Below, piece after piece: positions 55,568 through 64,000 of a DNA stretch of 64,000 nucleotides. Positions within the stretch are counted from its first letter, which is position 1. Each line of letters begins with the position of its first letter. Origin of the DNA: a virus (lineage: Duplodnaviria; Heunggongvirae; Uroviricota; Caudoviricetes); the IMG/VR virus record IMGVR_UViG_3300017565_000001, positions 77,741-141,740 of that record, one strand, 5' to 3'. The position numbers were made by a program, and so were the translations under genes. The notes under the pieces were generated by a model. It searched no databases. It had not been told where the DNA came from and saw only the letters and a program-made list of their open reading frames with translations.

Positions 55568-56365
55568 ATGTCATCGTCACACATTCGCCAAATCATGGAC
55601 CTACTTGAATTCGGACCGGACAGCCGCAATGCTGACGCAATCCGTGATGTAGAAGGTCGTCGCTCGGATTCCAACATTTCGTATGAAGTGGAACCCACCA
55701 AAGTAATCGCCAAACTGGCCAGCTACAAGAGTGCTGAATACACCCGTCTGGCAAAGAATCTTGAACGCATTGATCGTCTGGAGAAGATGACCAAGGCATT
55801 GAAGGAACAAGTCAAGCAAGACACTCGCGATCACGTCGCCGACTTGTTTTCAGCTGATGATACGGTTCGTACCCGTGTTGTTGAAACCGTGTCCTTTGTG
55901 TTCCAACTGACTAAGGATCCTAAGGCAACTACCACCTACAAGTACGCCGAAATTGTCAAGGAATTGACATCGCACCTGACCCCAGAACTGATTACCGTCC
56001 TGGAAAGCCTCAAGAAGAAGTATGAAGGTTCCACGCAGAAGGCTCCAGCTCTGAGCGTATCCAAGAACGAATCCCTGGACCTGAACGAAGGTGTATGGGA
56101 CAGGATCACCGCAGTTCTGCGCAAGTTCAAGAATGCCATCATGAACTGGGCTACTGGTTACGACAAGAAGCTTGATGCTCTGAAGGCCCAGGCTGCAATG
56201 GCTGAAAGTGCCCCAGCTGGCCCTTCAACTGGCTTCATGCGTGAATTGGCTAATAATCAACTCTCTGAAGATGACGGCGATGACGTCGAAGTCGACGGTG
56301 ACGAAGAAGAAGACTTTGGTGATGACCAGGGTCTGACGGAGACAAACCGCCATGTTTCTCGTTGA
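55568..56365 (+). CDS. hypothetical protein with poly-acidic C-terminus
   Basis: C-terminal DDGDDVEVDGDEEEDFGDDQ. Confidence 0.5.
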   Translation: MSSSHIRQIMDLLEFGPDSRNADAIRDVEGRRSDSNISYEVEPTKVIAKLASYKSAEYTRLAKNLERIDRLEKMTKALKEQVKQDTRDHVADLFSADDTVRTRVVETVSFVFQLTKDPKATTTYKYAEIVKELTSHLTPELITVLESLKKKYEGSTQKAPALSVSKNESLDLNEGVWDRITAVLRKFKNAIMNWATGYDKKLDALKAQAAMAESAPAGPSTGFMRELANNQLSEDDGDDVEVDGDEEEDFGDDQGLTETNRHVSR

Positions 56366-57035
56366 ACTTTTCAAGCGTCCTCTAGCTGAAAAGGCACCCA
56401 AGCTCCAATTTGGTGAAATGCATTACGGTACTTGGACAATCAAGTACCGTGAGCAACCCAAGGAAAACGGTGACTACGAAGCTATCGGTATGCACGTCCG
56501 CAATCCTTCCACCCCCAAGGCAGTAGCCAAGACTAAGGAAGAAGCGATCAACAAAGTGAAGACTGAAATTGATCGCCATATGGCCAATGACAAAGCGGCA
56601 CTCAAAGCCAGCAAAGCTACTATTGACTACAACGTGGAATTCACAAAGGACATTTTGCCTGAAACGGGCATCACTGGTGTTCGTTTGACACGTAACGGTG
56701 GTGACGTATTCCTCATCATCGCCGGTGTTGATTATTTGGAAGCTTTCGGCCCTGAGATCTTTGGTGGTGGCCCTGACAGCTTCACCAAGCTACATCCCCG
56801 CAACCCAGAACCCAACGAAGACGGTAAAGGCACTCGCGTCTATGGCTCTAGCCTAACGACGAACCAACTGTCAAATCTCGGCCTTCGTCCTAACGCCAGG
56901 TATGCTCTGGAGTATGTGCAGAAGGACATGGATTACGGTCATCATGTTTACAAGCTCGTATTTGATAGCGATGTGAACAGTAGGGAAGACAAGCGTCGTC
57001 TGAACAAACCTGGTTTGACTATTGCGGTCTTTTAA
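56352..57035 (+). CDS. hypothetical protein
   Basis: 227 aa ORF. Confidence 0.5.
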   Translation: MFLVELFKRPLAEKAPKLQFGEMHYGTWTIKYREQPKENGDYEAIGMHVRNPSTPKAVAKTKEEAINKVKTEIDRHMANDKAALKASKATIDYNVEFTKDILPETGITGVRLTRNGGDVFLIIAGVDYLEAFGPEIFGGGPDSFTKLHPRNPEPNEDGKGTRVYGSSLTTNQLSNLGLRPNARYALEYVQKDMDYGHHVYKLVFDSDVNSREDKRRLNKPGLTIAVF

Positions 57036-57062
57036 TAAATAATCACGAAATCAGGAGTTACA

Positions 57063-57446
57063 ATGAAATCCCTAGCTGAACAATTGCGCGAGTTTATGGA
57101 CCAGATGAGCGAAGCTCCTGTTGCCGTCCGTTACGACTTTGAAACCACTATCCCCAACTGGGAAGAACCCGCTTCCGAAGATGATGACTCGTGGGAAGAA
57201 GAGGTTGATGTTGGTGTGACTTACAGTGTTTCGGGTAAATATTACCCAGCTACCCTCACCCAACCAGAAGAACATCCAGAAATGGATGAAATCAGAGTTT
57301 ATGACCTGGCTACCGGAACTGACATCACCAGCCAAATTTCCCCAGAAGTTATGAAGCGTATCGAAGAACGTGCTTGGGAAGATGCTGACACTCAGGAAGA
57401 ACCCGATCCAGATTACGACCGCGACTATCGCTACGACCGTTTTTAA
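57063..57446 (+). CDS. hypothetical acidic protein
   Basis: 127 aa ORF. Confidence 0.5.
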   Translation: MKSLAEQLREFMDQMSEAPVAVRYDFETTIPNWEEPASEDDDSWEEEVDVGVTYSVSGKYYPATLTQPEEHPEMDEIRVYDLATGTDITSQISPEVMKRIEERAWEDADTQEEPDPDYDRDYRYDRF

Positions 57447-57541
57447 GATTTTACCCTAGGACCGTTAGGTTACGGTAAAAGCCGCGGCATCATGCGGTGC
57501 AGATTACCCGGATTCGCTACCCTGGGTCTGTCAAGGATGCA

Positions 57542-57573
57542 GTAAGGCCCCCGCCAAGGGGCCTTACTTTTGG
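57542..57573 (+). terminator. intrinsic terminator
   Basis: GTAAGGCCCC-CGCCAA-GGGGCCTTAC followed by TTTTGG. Confidence 0.7.
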
Positions 57574-57623
57574 CTGGACGATATGCTACAATGCCATTCA
57601 TATGAAACTACCATGAGAGCCAT

Positions 57624-58034
57624 ATGTTTTGGAATCGAATGATTCGATGGTGCAGGGAAATATTGTTCAAGATCAATCCAGTTAGTGGCATCCTGCTGAC
57701 TGCCAATATCGATGAGTTGAAGCCAATAGGAAAGATTCACGCCATGAAATCAAATGTTGGCGTGATATGGCCATCTCAATATCCCAAGACCTTGCGGTCA
57801 CTGTCCAGCAACATCGTATTGGTCTACCCACCAGAAGTTGAAGAATATTTGGAATCCGTGGGCGCCGTCAAAATGGTAAACACTGATATTGGATTTTATA
57901 TCAATGGTGCTTACACGGACGACATCACCCTACTTAAGGCTCGATTGACGTTTCTGAACCAAGAACCACTCGTTCAGGGTTTGGTGTTTGCCCAAACCTA
58001 TCAAGTAGTTGATTTCAAGTTGAGGTTCATGTGA
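57624..58034 (+). CDS. array member 1 (FKLRF-family)
   Basis: Ends VVDFKLRFM. Its stop overlaps the GTG start of member 2. Confidence 0.55.
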   Translation: MFWNRMIRWCREILFKINPVSGILLTANIDELKPIGKIHAMKSNVGVIWPSQYPKTLRSLSSNIVLVYPPEVEEYLESVGAVKMVNTDIGFYINGAYTDDITLLKARLTFLNQEPLVQGLVFAQTYQVVDFKLRFM

Positions 58035-58372
58035 AATTCTTTATCGAACTATTCAAGAAGGTAAGGCATCGCATCGCTCCTCAATCATATGGCCACGTCG
58101 TCGTGATCGATCGTCGAACGCACGAACATCTTACCATGGGATGGCATCAAGCGTGCAATCCTAATGCTAAACTGCATTGGATGATTATGGCTGCCGATGT
58201 TCAAGAATTCATAGGAGCCAGAGGTGGACGGGTTCTCCCCAATAATTTGGAGGGCTTGAGTACCTTCTACGACTTCCCACCCAGTGAACACGAACAAGAC
58301 CAATATATGCTCCATCGAATTTCATTCCCTGATGAAGAATCTGTGGTGATGTTCAAATTGCGTTTCATGTAA
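58031..58372 (+). CDS. array member 2
   Basis: Ends SVVMFKLRFM. Confidence 0.55.
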   Translation: MKFFIELFKKVRHRIAPQSYGHVVVIDRRTHEHLTMGWHQACNPNAKLHWMIMAADVQEFIGARGGRVLPNNLEGLSTFYDFPPSEHEQDQYMLHRISFPDEESVVMFKLRFM

Positions 58373-58384
58373 GGAATCACATCA

Positions 58385-58738
58385 ATGTTTATGATGAAGC
58401 TACTCAATGAGTTGTTTGAACCGGAGCCACCAAAACCCATACATCGTATGATCAAATTCAATCTGGAGTCTCGAGATGATTTGGCCGACGCTTTTGAGGA
58501 AATTGAACCTGGCCCTCGTTATGTAATGGATTCGAACCAACGTGTTCATGATTTCAACATACCGAGAGTGGTGAAATTCAATGAGGAGGTTGAACGCTTC
58601 TTTATTGACAGGCAGGTCAAAAAGAAGGCTATCTATAGTATGTTCACTCGTTACACGGCAAAAGGCATGGACTTCAGACAAACTCTGTTTTTCGCTTGCG
58701 ACGAGGACATGATCGAATTCAAGCTGAGGTTCTTGTGA
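58385..58738 (+). CDS. array member 3
   Basis: Ends MIEFKLRFL. Confidence 0.55.
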   Translation: MFMMKLLNELFEPEPPKPIHRMIKFNLESRDDLADAFEEIEPGPRYVMDSNQRVHDFNIPRVVKFNEEVERFFIDRQVKKKAIYSMFTRYTAKGMDFRQTLFFACDEDMIEFKLRFL

Positions 58739-58968
58739 TTCAATGGACATTCAGTGATGCCTCGATAAACGAAGGCAAGCGATTCTTCGTTGATCCCGAA
58801 ACCTCAAACTTGGCGGAATTGTTAAAGCCGGAGATTGAAGAGTTCATGGATCAACATGGAATAGTCAAATATCCAAACAAAGAATATCAGGTCATAACAT
58901 TCGGTGCCATAACGCTTTATTTCCCATCAGAAGAAGTTTTGGTGGAGTTCAAACTTCGCTTCACATAG
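58735..58968 (+). CDS. array member 4
   Basis: GTG start in a GTGA overlap. Ends LVEFKLRFT. Confidence 0.5.
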   Translation: MIQWTFSDASINEGKRFFVDPETSNLAELLKPEIEEFMDQHGIVKYPNKEYQVITFGAITLYFPSEEVLVEFKLRFT

Positions 58969-59024
58969 CCTTTACAAATGGCAGAACTGCCAATAGAATT
59001 GGTGCATCACTTCCAGGGGAACTC

Positions 59025-59354
59025 ATGATTTTGTTTTTGGCCCGTCTTCTCAACTATTTGCGTTTCATGGTGAATCACCAGAAATATGGGCACGTGGTTG
59101 ACGTCGAAATCAACAAGTACGATTTTGTGAAAGTTGTGGCCTTCAGAATTGATTTGGGTTATGACTTCAAAGTTCAACCCACCCCAGAAATGAATGATAG
59201 GCTGCGATCGGTTGGCGCAAAAATAGGCCATGTCGAATGTGCCTATTTTTCTCTGGAGAATGAGGCTCGAGGTATGGCTCTCAAGGATCCTTGGGTGAAG
59301 TTTTATTTCCCCACGGCAGAAGCAGCCATTGTATTCAAGCTGGAATGCATGTGA
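59025..59354 (+). CDS. array member 5
   Basis: Ends AIVFKLECM. Confidence 0.55.
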   Translation: MILFLARLLNYLRFMVNHQKYGHVVDVEINKYDFVKVVAFRIDLGYDFKVQPTPEMNDRLRSVGAKIGHVECAYFSLENEARGMALKDPWVKFYFPTAEAAIVFKLECM

Positions 59355-59707
59355 TGTGGGAGAAGCTCAAAACCTTGTTGCGGCCAAGATTAGTGAAGAT
59401 CGCGCCCAAGACCTTCGGCCATCCTGTGACTTTTGATATTGGCCACCATATCGGTTTGGGTGATATCAATGGTCGATACTCCAAACAAAAATCCGATACC
59501 CAATACGTGTTTGTTCCATCCCAAGAGGTGGAAGAATTTCTGGATCAATTCGCTCATTCAGTGAATGTTTCTGATGTCGCAATCACGGATTTCATTGATA
59601 TTAATGCAATGTTGATTGGTGAATCAGTCAATTACGGCAAGGTGACAATAACTTTCTCCGATCCAGCGGTTGCTTGTATTTTCAGACTGCAATTCCTATG
59701 TCCATAA
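59354..59707 (+). CDS. array member 6
   Basis: TGATG overlap. Ends ACIFRLQFLCP. Confidence 0.5.
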   Translation: MWEKLKTLLRPRLVKIAPKTFGHPVTFDIGHHIGLGDINGRYSKQKSDTQYVFVPSQEVEEFLDQFAHSVNVSDVAITDFIDINAMLIGESVNYGKVTITFSDPAVACIFRLQFLCP

Positions 59708-60018
59708 GTTTGGAAAAATACCCCATAGAATCAATCAAAATCAAAGATACCGGAGATTGGTATGAACTCGGTATCTTGACGAAACCTATTGTGCTTGATT
59801 GGGGATCGAGGGAGCATATTGTTCATTTCAGATTTGGGGTAGCGTATGCTCTGCATCTTCCTGATGATATGATGGAGATAGTGTGCCTGAATCCCGAGCA
59901 AGTAGTATGGGTAGGGAATGAAGTTTTCCATCACCGTGAGAACTTCAATTGGCAAATTCTGTTCAAGTTTATGGTCTTTGATGCCAATCTCGCCACCCAA
60001 CTAAAACTCATGATATGA
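59698..60018 (+). CDS. array member 7
   Basis: Ends ATQLKLMI. Confidence 0.45.
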   Translation: MSISLEKYPIESIKIKDTGDWYELGILTKPIVLDWGSREHIVHFRFGVAYALHLPDDMMEIVCLNPEQVVWVGNEVFHHRENFNWQILFKFMVFDANLATQLKLMI

Positions 60019-60398
60019 ACATATTCCGCAAACTGGTTCGATCATTCAGGGTTTGGGCATTCGGTCAACGACCTGTATGGTTTGGCCACAAGGTATCACT
60101 ATGTTGGTCAGACTATTCCTGCTATTGCTTGGAGCCTATGACAGTTTCATGGCCGATCAGCGTTGGTTTGCCTGGACCCATAGCTAGAAATACCATTAGG
60201 AACTTGAAAAATATTGGTGTTGGTGGTCACAGAATGCGGACCGAAGTGAGCGAGTTCCTGATAGAGCATAATGGAGTAGTTGAGACTGTAAAGAAATTCC
60301 ACGCCCAGGAATATGGCGAGGGCCGTTCATATCACATTTTCCACATATGTTTTCTGGACTTGGAAGACTTGGTGGCATTCAAATTGGCGTTCATGTGA
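60015..60398 (+). CDS. array member 8
   Basis: ATGA overlap. Ends LVAFKLAFM. Confidence 0.55.
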   Translation: MNIFRKLVRSFRVWAFGQRPVWFGHKVSLCWSDYSCYCLEPMTVSWPISVGLPGPIARNTIRNLKNIGVGGHRMRTEVSEFLIEHNGVVETVKKFHAQEYGEGRSYHIFHICFLDLEDLVAFKLAFM

Positions 60399-60652
60399 TG
60401 AAAGCAAGCTGGATAATTCAGGATAGACGATTTATCAATAGACGTTCCGTGGGGTTCACATTTGAAATACCTGACGGATCATATGAGGAAATCATTCTCG
60501 CCACCCCCGACCCATGGAGCTACACTCTAACAAAAGCATTCAAGGAATGGGCTATTGACAAGGGACCGTATCGAGTGAGTCTAGATGGTAGCCAAACTCG
60601 TATCGTATTTGCTCGTCGAGATTCAGCCATGATGGCAAAGTTGAGGTTTTGA
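60398..60652 (+). CDS. array member 9
   Basis: TGATG overlap. Ends AMMAKLRF. Confidence 0.5.
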   Translation: MKASWIIQDRRFINRRSVGFTFEIPDGSYEEIILATPDPWSYTLTKAFKEWAIDKGPYRVSLDGSQTRIVFARRDSAMMAKLRF

Positions 60653-60876
60653 TGCAGTCTTTTGATGTGGATTACGATCACGTAAAGCATTGGTTCGTAC
60701 TATCAGATAATGGTGGCCAAGTGATACGACACCTTAAACCTGACGTTCGAACACGATTGGATGAATATGGATTGGTGTCCTATTCTACAAGGACTAAGGA
60801 CAACATCCGCACCGCTCGTTTCGTTTTTATGACGATGGAGGGTGCGGTTGCCGCTAGATTGATGGTTAGCGGATAA
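60652..60876 (+). CDS. array member 10
   Basis: TGATG overlap. Ends AVAARLMVSG. Confidence 0.45.
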   Translation: MQSFDVDYDHVKHWFVLSDNGGQVIRHLKPDVRTRLDEYGLVSYSTRTKDNIRTARFVFMTMEGAVAARLMVSG

Positions 60877-61531
60877 CTTCCATAACCACTTCAAAATCCT
60901 CACAATCACGGTACATCTGTGGTGTGAGGTTGTTGACTTTCTGAATCATGGCTTCCAAATGTGGAAAGTCATTCAAATAGTCTGGGTTGTTCTTCAACGA
61001 ATCCAGAACCATTTCCACACAGCTCACGTGCGAAGTGTCCTGAATGTCAAACAAGTTGTCGTATTCTTTGCCCAACTGCATGGCAAGACCTTCCATGATT
61101 GACTCCCAGTCTTCTGGCTTCAGATTTACTGGGCGCATCACACAAACTGAATCGCAGTCGAAAACATCCATGAACGTGGAATAGTGGACGCCCTCACGAG
61201 TGGCTTCCATCAGCTTGAACTTTTCAAAGTTCTCTGGATTGTCCTCCAGGTCCAAATTCATCAGAATATGCGTGTACTTGGGCCATTTGCCAGTCTTCAG
61301 CAGAGTCAAGATGCTGATGGCGTATGTGCTCAAGTGGCTTTTGCGATTGGTCAGGATCATGTAGTAGCCACCAGCCAGCAGTGTCTTCAATTGTTCATGA
61401 TCTTCAGGGGTCAAGTCATACCCCTTACCACTCTTACTAAATTTGGCCTTTAGCCACGTCCAATTGATTGAACCAATCACATTGGACAATTGCTTCCAAA
61501 GCCAATACCACCAAGTTTTATATTTTGACAT
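60866..61531 (-). CDS. hypothetical protein
   Basis: 221 aa ORF. Trp-rich N-terminus. Confidence 0.5.
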   Translation of the reverse strand: MSKYKTWWYWLWKQLSNVIGSINWTWLKAKFSKSGKGYDLTPEDHEQLKTLLAGGYYMILTNRKSHLSTYAISILTLLKTGKWPKYTHILMNLDLEDNPENFEKFKLMEATREGVHYSTFMDVFDCDSVCVMRPVNLKPEDWESIMEGLAMQLGKEYDNLFDIQDTSHVSCVEMVLDSLKNNPDYLNDFPHLEAMIQKVNNLTPQMYRDCEDFEVVMEVIR

Positions 61532-61641
61532 AGACCCTCCCTCAAAGACTATGCCAAATTATTTAAGGTGAATCTGACGTTCATTAAGTACCAGGTGAAA
61601 CAAATTTCGACAAATCTTTTCATAAAAACTACAATGGCACC

Positions 61642-62601
61642 ATGAATACTGATTACATCCTGGTGACTGGTGGAGCGGGCTTTATTGGCTATCACGTATG
61701 TGTGGGCCTATTGACTGCCGGCCATAGAGTGGTTGCCGTTGACAGCTTGAATGACTACTATTCAGTCAAACTGAAAAGAGACCGAATTGAATATTTGAAG
61801 AAATTGGGGGTCGAATTTAAATGGTTCCCCATAGAAACGCCGACCATCTTTGACAGCGTTATGGCCAAATATCAACCCCGAGCCGTCATTCATCTTGCAG
61901 CTCAAGCGGGTGTCAGGTATTCTGAACAGAATCCCATGGCCTACACGATGGCAAACCTGGTTGGGTTTCAAGAAGTAATTGATGCCTGCAGGAAATACAA
62001 GCCAGAACGTCTACTTTATGCCAGTTCATCAAGTGTTTATGGTAACGTCCAGGGCCCCGCAAATGAGGATCTGCCAGTCAATCCTTTGAGTTACTACGCA
62101 GTTACGAAGGTCGCTAATGAAATGACGGCTAGGCTCTTTGGTGAACAAACCAGCATACCCACGATTGGGATGCGCTTTTTCACCGCATATGGTCCATGGG
62201 GGCGCCCAGATATGGCGTATTGGCATTTCAGTGAAAAGATTCTGAGTGGTTCACCGTTGACCATATATGGCCAAAATGTGGCTAGAGACTTTACCTATGT
62301 GGGCGATGTGGCGGATGCCGTGATCGATCTGATGAAATGTGAATCAACTGGCAATAAAATAATCAACATTGGCAGCAATAATCCCATTTCTGTTGTAGAG
62401 TTAGTGAATAAGCTTCAGAGTCATTATGGCAAACCAGCCGTAATTCAAACTGATAATTTGCCATCTTGTGATCCCCAAATCACATATTGTGATCCCTCAA
62501 GATTACAAGCACTGACTGGGCGAGTCCCCAAGACTTCATTTCAAGATGGTATCAATAAGTTTGCTGAATGGTTTCTAGCATATAACGAAAGATACAAATG
62601 A
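61642..62601 (+). CDS. NAD-dependent UDP-glucuronate 4-epimerase-like SDR
   Basis: ILVTGGAGFIGYHV, NDYYSVKLKRDRIEYL, YASSSSVYG and YAVTKVANE (YxxxK). Confidence 0.8.
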   Translation: MNTDYILVTGGAGFIGYHVCVGLLTAGHRVVAVDSLNDYYSVKLKRDRIEYLKKLGVEFKWFPIETPTIFDSVMAKYQPRAVIHLAAQAGVRYSEQNPMAYTMANLVGFQEVIDACRKYKPERLLYASSSSVYGNVQGPANEDLPVNPLSYYAVTKVANEMTARLFGEQTSIPTIGMRFFTAYGPWGRPDMAYWHFSEKILSGSPLTIYGQNVARDFTYVGDVADAVIDLMKCESTGNKIINIGSNNPISVVELVNKLQSHYGKPAVIQTDNLPSCDPQITYCDPSRLQALTGRVPKTSFQDGINKFAEWFLAYNERYK

Positions 62602-63911
62602 AAATTGCCGTAGTTGGTTGTGGGTTTGTGGGGCTGGCTAATATCTTGGCCCTTGCCAGTAAAGGCCATGAAGTCCTTGGCGTCGAGAACAGCCCTGAAC
62701 GCTTTAATCGATTGGCTGCTTGGCGGTCACCTGTTCATGAGCCCATGTTTGATCAATTGTTGGAACAGGCTCGGGATAACGAACTGGCTGGATCGATTTC
62801 ATTTGCAAACAGTACTGACATCTTTGCCAATCAAGAATTTGATATGGTATTCATTACTGTATCAACGTTGCACCAAAACAACACTCTTACGGAAGCCAAA
62901 GTCAGTGAAGTGTTGCAAGAAGTCGTATCGTTTTATGGCTCCCGCAATCGGGCCCCGATGGTTGTGATGAAGGGCACGAATCCACTTGGTACTGCGGAAT
63001 CTGTCATCAAACGATACAAGCTATCCCCTGACTTCAAATTGATCGTGGCACCCGAATTTCTAAGGGAAGGTCATGCGTTTGATGACGTTATGACCCCGTC
63101 CAGACATGTGATTGGTACTTCAGATTCATTGGTGGACGAAAAATTCAAGAAAGTAATTGACGATTTCCCCGCCGAGCAGTTCTGGATGAGTCACGCACAA
63201 GCCGAGTATGTGAAGACGTCATGCAACAGTTTGTTGGCGGCTCAAATCGCACTCACGCAGGAAATCATTCGAGGCGCTGATCGGCTACATATTGAATCTG
63301 ATTCAATCATGAACGCCATCAAAGCAGATCCACGGCTTAACGGCTATGGGCGGAATGCTGCTATCGGCTGGGGTGGTTCGTGTTTGCCGCCATCTTCTTT
63401 GGAGATGCGTAAACATTCCACGAGTGATTCTCTCCTTCATTACGTGAGTTCGTCGCTCACTGCCAATATAGCTCATTGGGCAACTAAGCTAGGCAATCAT
63501 CTATCAAGTGAAGTGTCTAGCATCGGTGTATGGGGTCTGGGTTTCAAAGAGGGATCAATGAACACCTCTAATTCACCAGTCATAGCCCTATTGAATCACA
63601 TCGTAGCCAGACACGCGGTTTCCAGTATCAAGGCATATGTTCCCGGATACAAGGGGTCAGTTGAAAATGTTCGGATTTCAAACATAGCTGAAGCGAAACT
63701 GGTTGATGATCCCACTGAGGCCATCAGAGATGTTTCGCTCATCATTCTGGGTTGCCCTGATAAGGAATTCAGAGAATACGATCCCGTTATGGCAAAGCTT
63801 ATTGCCAGCAATGCATTTGTGTTTGACGGATTCAACGATCTGAACCAAGCCTCTTGGGAAGGTGCCGGATTCATCTATATGGGGCTGGGTAGGGAAACCT
63901 ACCGCAAGTAG
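62598..63911 (+). CDS. ugd: UDP-glucose 6-dehydrogenase family protein
   Basis: MKIAVVGCGFVGLANILALASKGHEV NAD-binding N-terminus. C-terminal GLGFKEGSMNTSNSPVIALL (UDPG_MGDP_dh_C). Confidence 0.8.
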   Translation: MKIAVVGCGFVGLANILALASKGHEVLGVENSPERFNRLAAWRSPVHEPMFDQLLEQARDNELAGSISFANSTDIFANQEFDMVFITVSTLHQNNTLTEAKVSEVLQEVVSFYGSRNRAPMVVMKGTNPLGTAESVIKRYKLSPDFKLIVAPEFLREGHAFDDVMTPSRHVIGTSDSLVDEKFKKVIDDFPAEQFWMSHAQAEYVKTSCNSLLAAQIALTQEIIRGADRLHIESDSIMNAIKADPRLNGYGRNAAIGWGGSCLPPSSLEMRKHSTSDSLLHYVSSSLTANIAHWATKLGNHLSSEVSSIGVWGLGFKEGSMNTSNSPVIALLNHIVARHAVSSIKAYVPGYKGSVENVRISNIAEAKLVDDPTEAIRDVSLIILGCPDKEFREYDPVMAKLIASNAFVFDGFNDLNQASWEGAGFIYMGLGRETYRK

Positions 63912-64000
63912 TGATATGCGTTGGTACTAATACAAACGCAGCATTGCGGTGGTGGTGGGCTAGTATATCATATGAATATTCACTTGTCATGCATGACTAG

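Noticed and set aside
57447-57541. Possible small structured RNA upstream of the terminator (CCGCGGCATCATGCGGTG hairpin, CCCTAGG/CCCTGGG repeats)
   Set aside because: Only short, imperfect stems. There is no recognisable RNA-family architecture. It is more likely 3'-UTR sequence plus terminator.
57624-60876. Possibility that the periodic array is a CRISPR array or a non-coding tandem repeat
   Set aside because: The units are 230-410 bp with no short direct repeats. All are open reading frames linked by start/stop overlaps. Similarity is at the protein level (the C-terminal motif), not the DNA-repeat level.

Overview
This 64 kb window looks like part of a large dsDNA bacteriophage genome, not a bacterial chromosome. 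It is gene-dense and coded almost entirely on the + strand. There are no rRNA genes, and the host-type functions present are ones phages are known to encode. Most other ORFs are orphans.

Genes recognisable from the translations:
- Replication and nucleotide metabolism: a T4 gp39/GyrB-like type II topoisomerase subunit, RNase H, dCMP deaminase, Nudix hydrolase, a HAD-like phosphatase, two P-loop kinases and two HNH nucleases.
- Host-takeover and translation set: ClpX, ClpS and an IF-3 homologue, plus a class II CCA-adding enzyme, an HNH-RNA-ligase fusion, a GatB/YqeY-domain protein and one non-canonical tRNA-like element.
- A DpdA-like tRNA-guanine-transglycosylase homologue (DSGGFQ motif), suggesting 7-deazaguanine DNA modification.
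- A polyamine module: a homospermidine-synthase-like gene, then a YgiB(DUF1190)-YgiC(glutathionylspermidine-synthase-like)-DUF350 trio.
- A CPA1 Na+/H+ antiporter, an SPFH/band-7 protein, a small GGDEF diguanylate cyclase and a putative HD hydrolase.
- Two SleB-family cell-wall hydrolases (one signal-anchor/SAR-like, followed by a holin-like membrane protein) and two tandem LamG-domain fibre-like proteins.
- UDP-glucose 6-dehydrogenase plus UDP-glucuronate 4-epimerase.

The most unusual structure is an expanded orphan protein family defined by a conserved C-terminal FKLRF-type motif. It comprises a tightly coupled tandem array of 10 small genes (57.6-60.9 kb), linked by ATGTGA/TGATG stop-start overlaps, and at least 6 dispersed members.

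There is also a duplicated two-gene cassette of a small coiled-coil protein plus a ~360-440 aa protein, present at 17.2-19.9 kb (two large paralogues) and at 24.4-25.8 kb (one), with an HNH gene next to the first copy.

A family of more than 12 sigma70-like promoters (TTGACT-N17-TATAAT) is present. They carry a CCAAATGAA/TTCATTTGG box and a conserved leader (ACATGGTAAAC...AGGAGCAAAAC-ATG) and are concentrated upstream of small, codon-optimised genes at 41-53 kb. Two CAATATTG-centred perfect palindromes sit in promoter regions. Intrinsic terminators of the GGGGAG-loop-CTCCCC type punctuate the region.

All assignments come from motif-level reading of the translations and the DNA. Gene starts are approximate.
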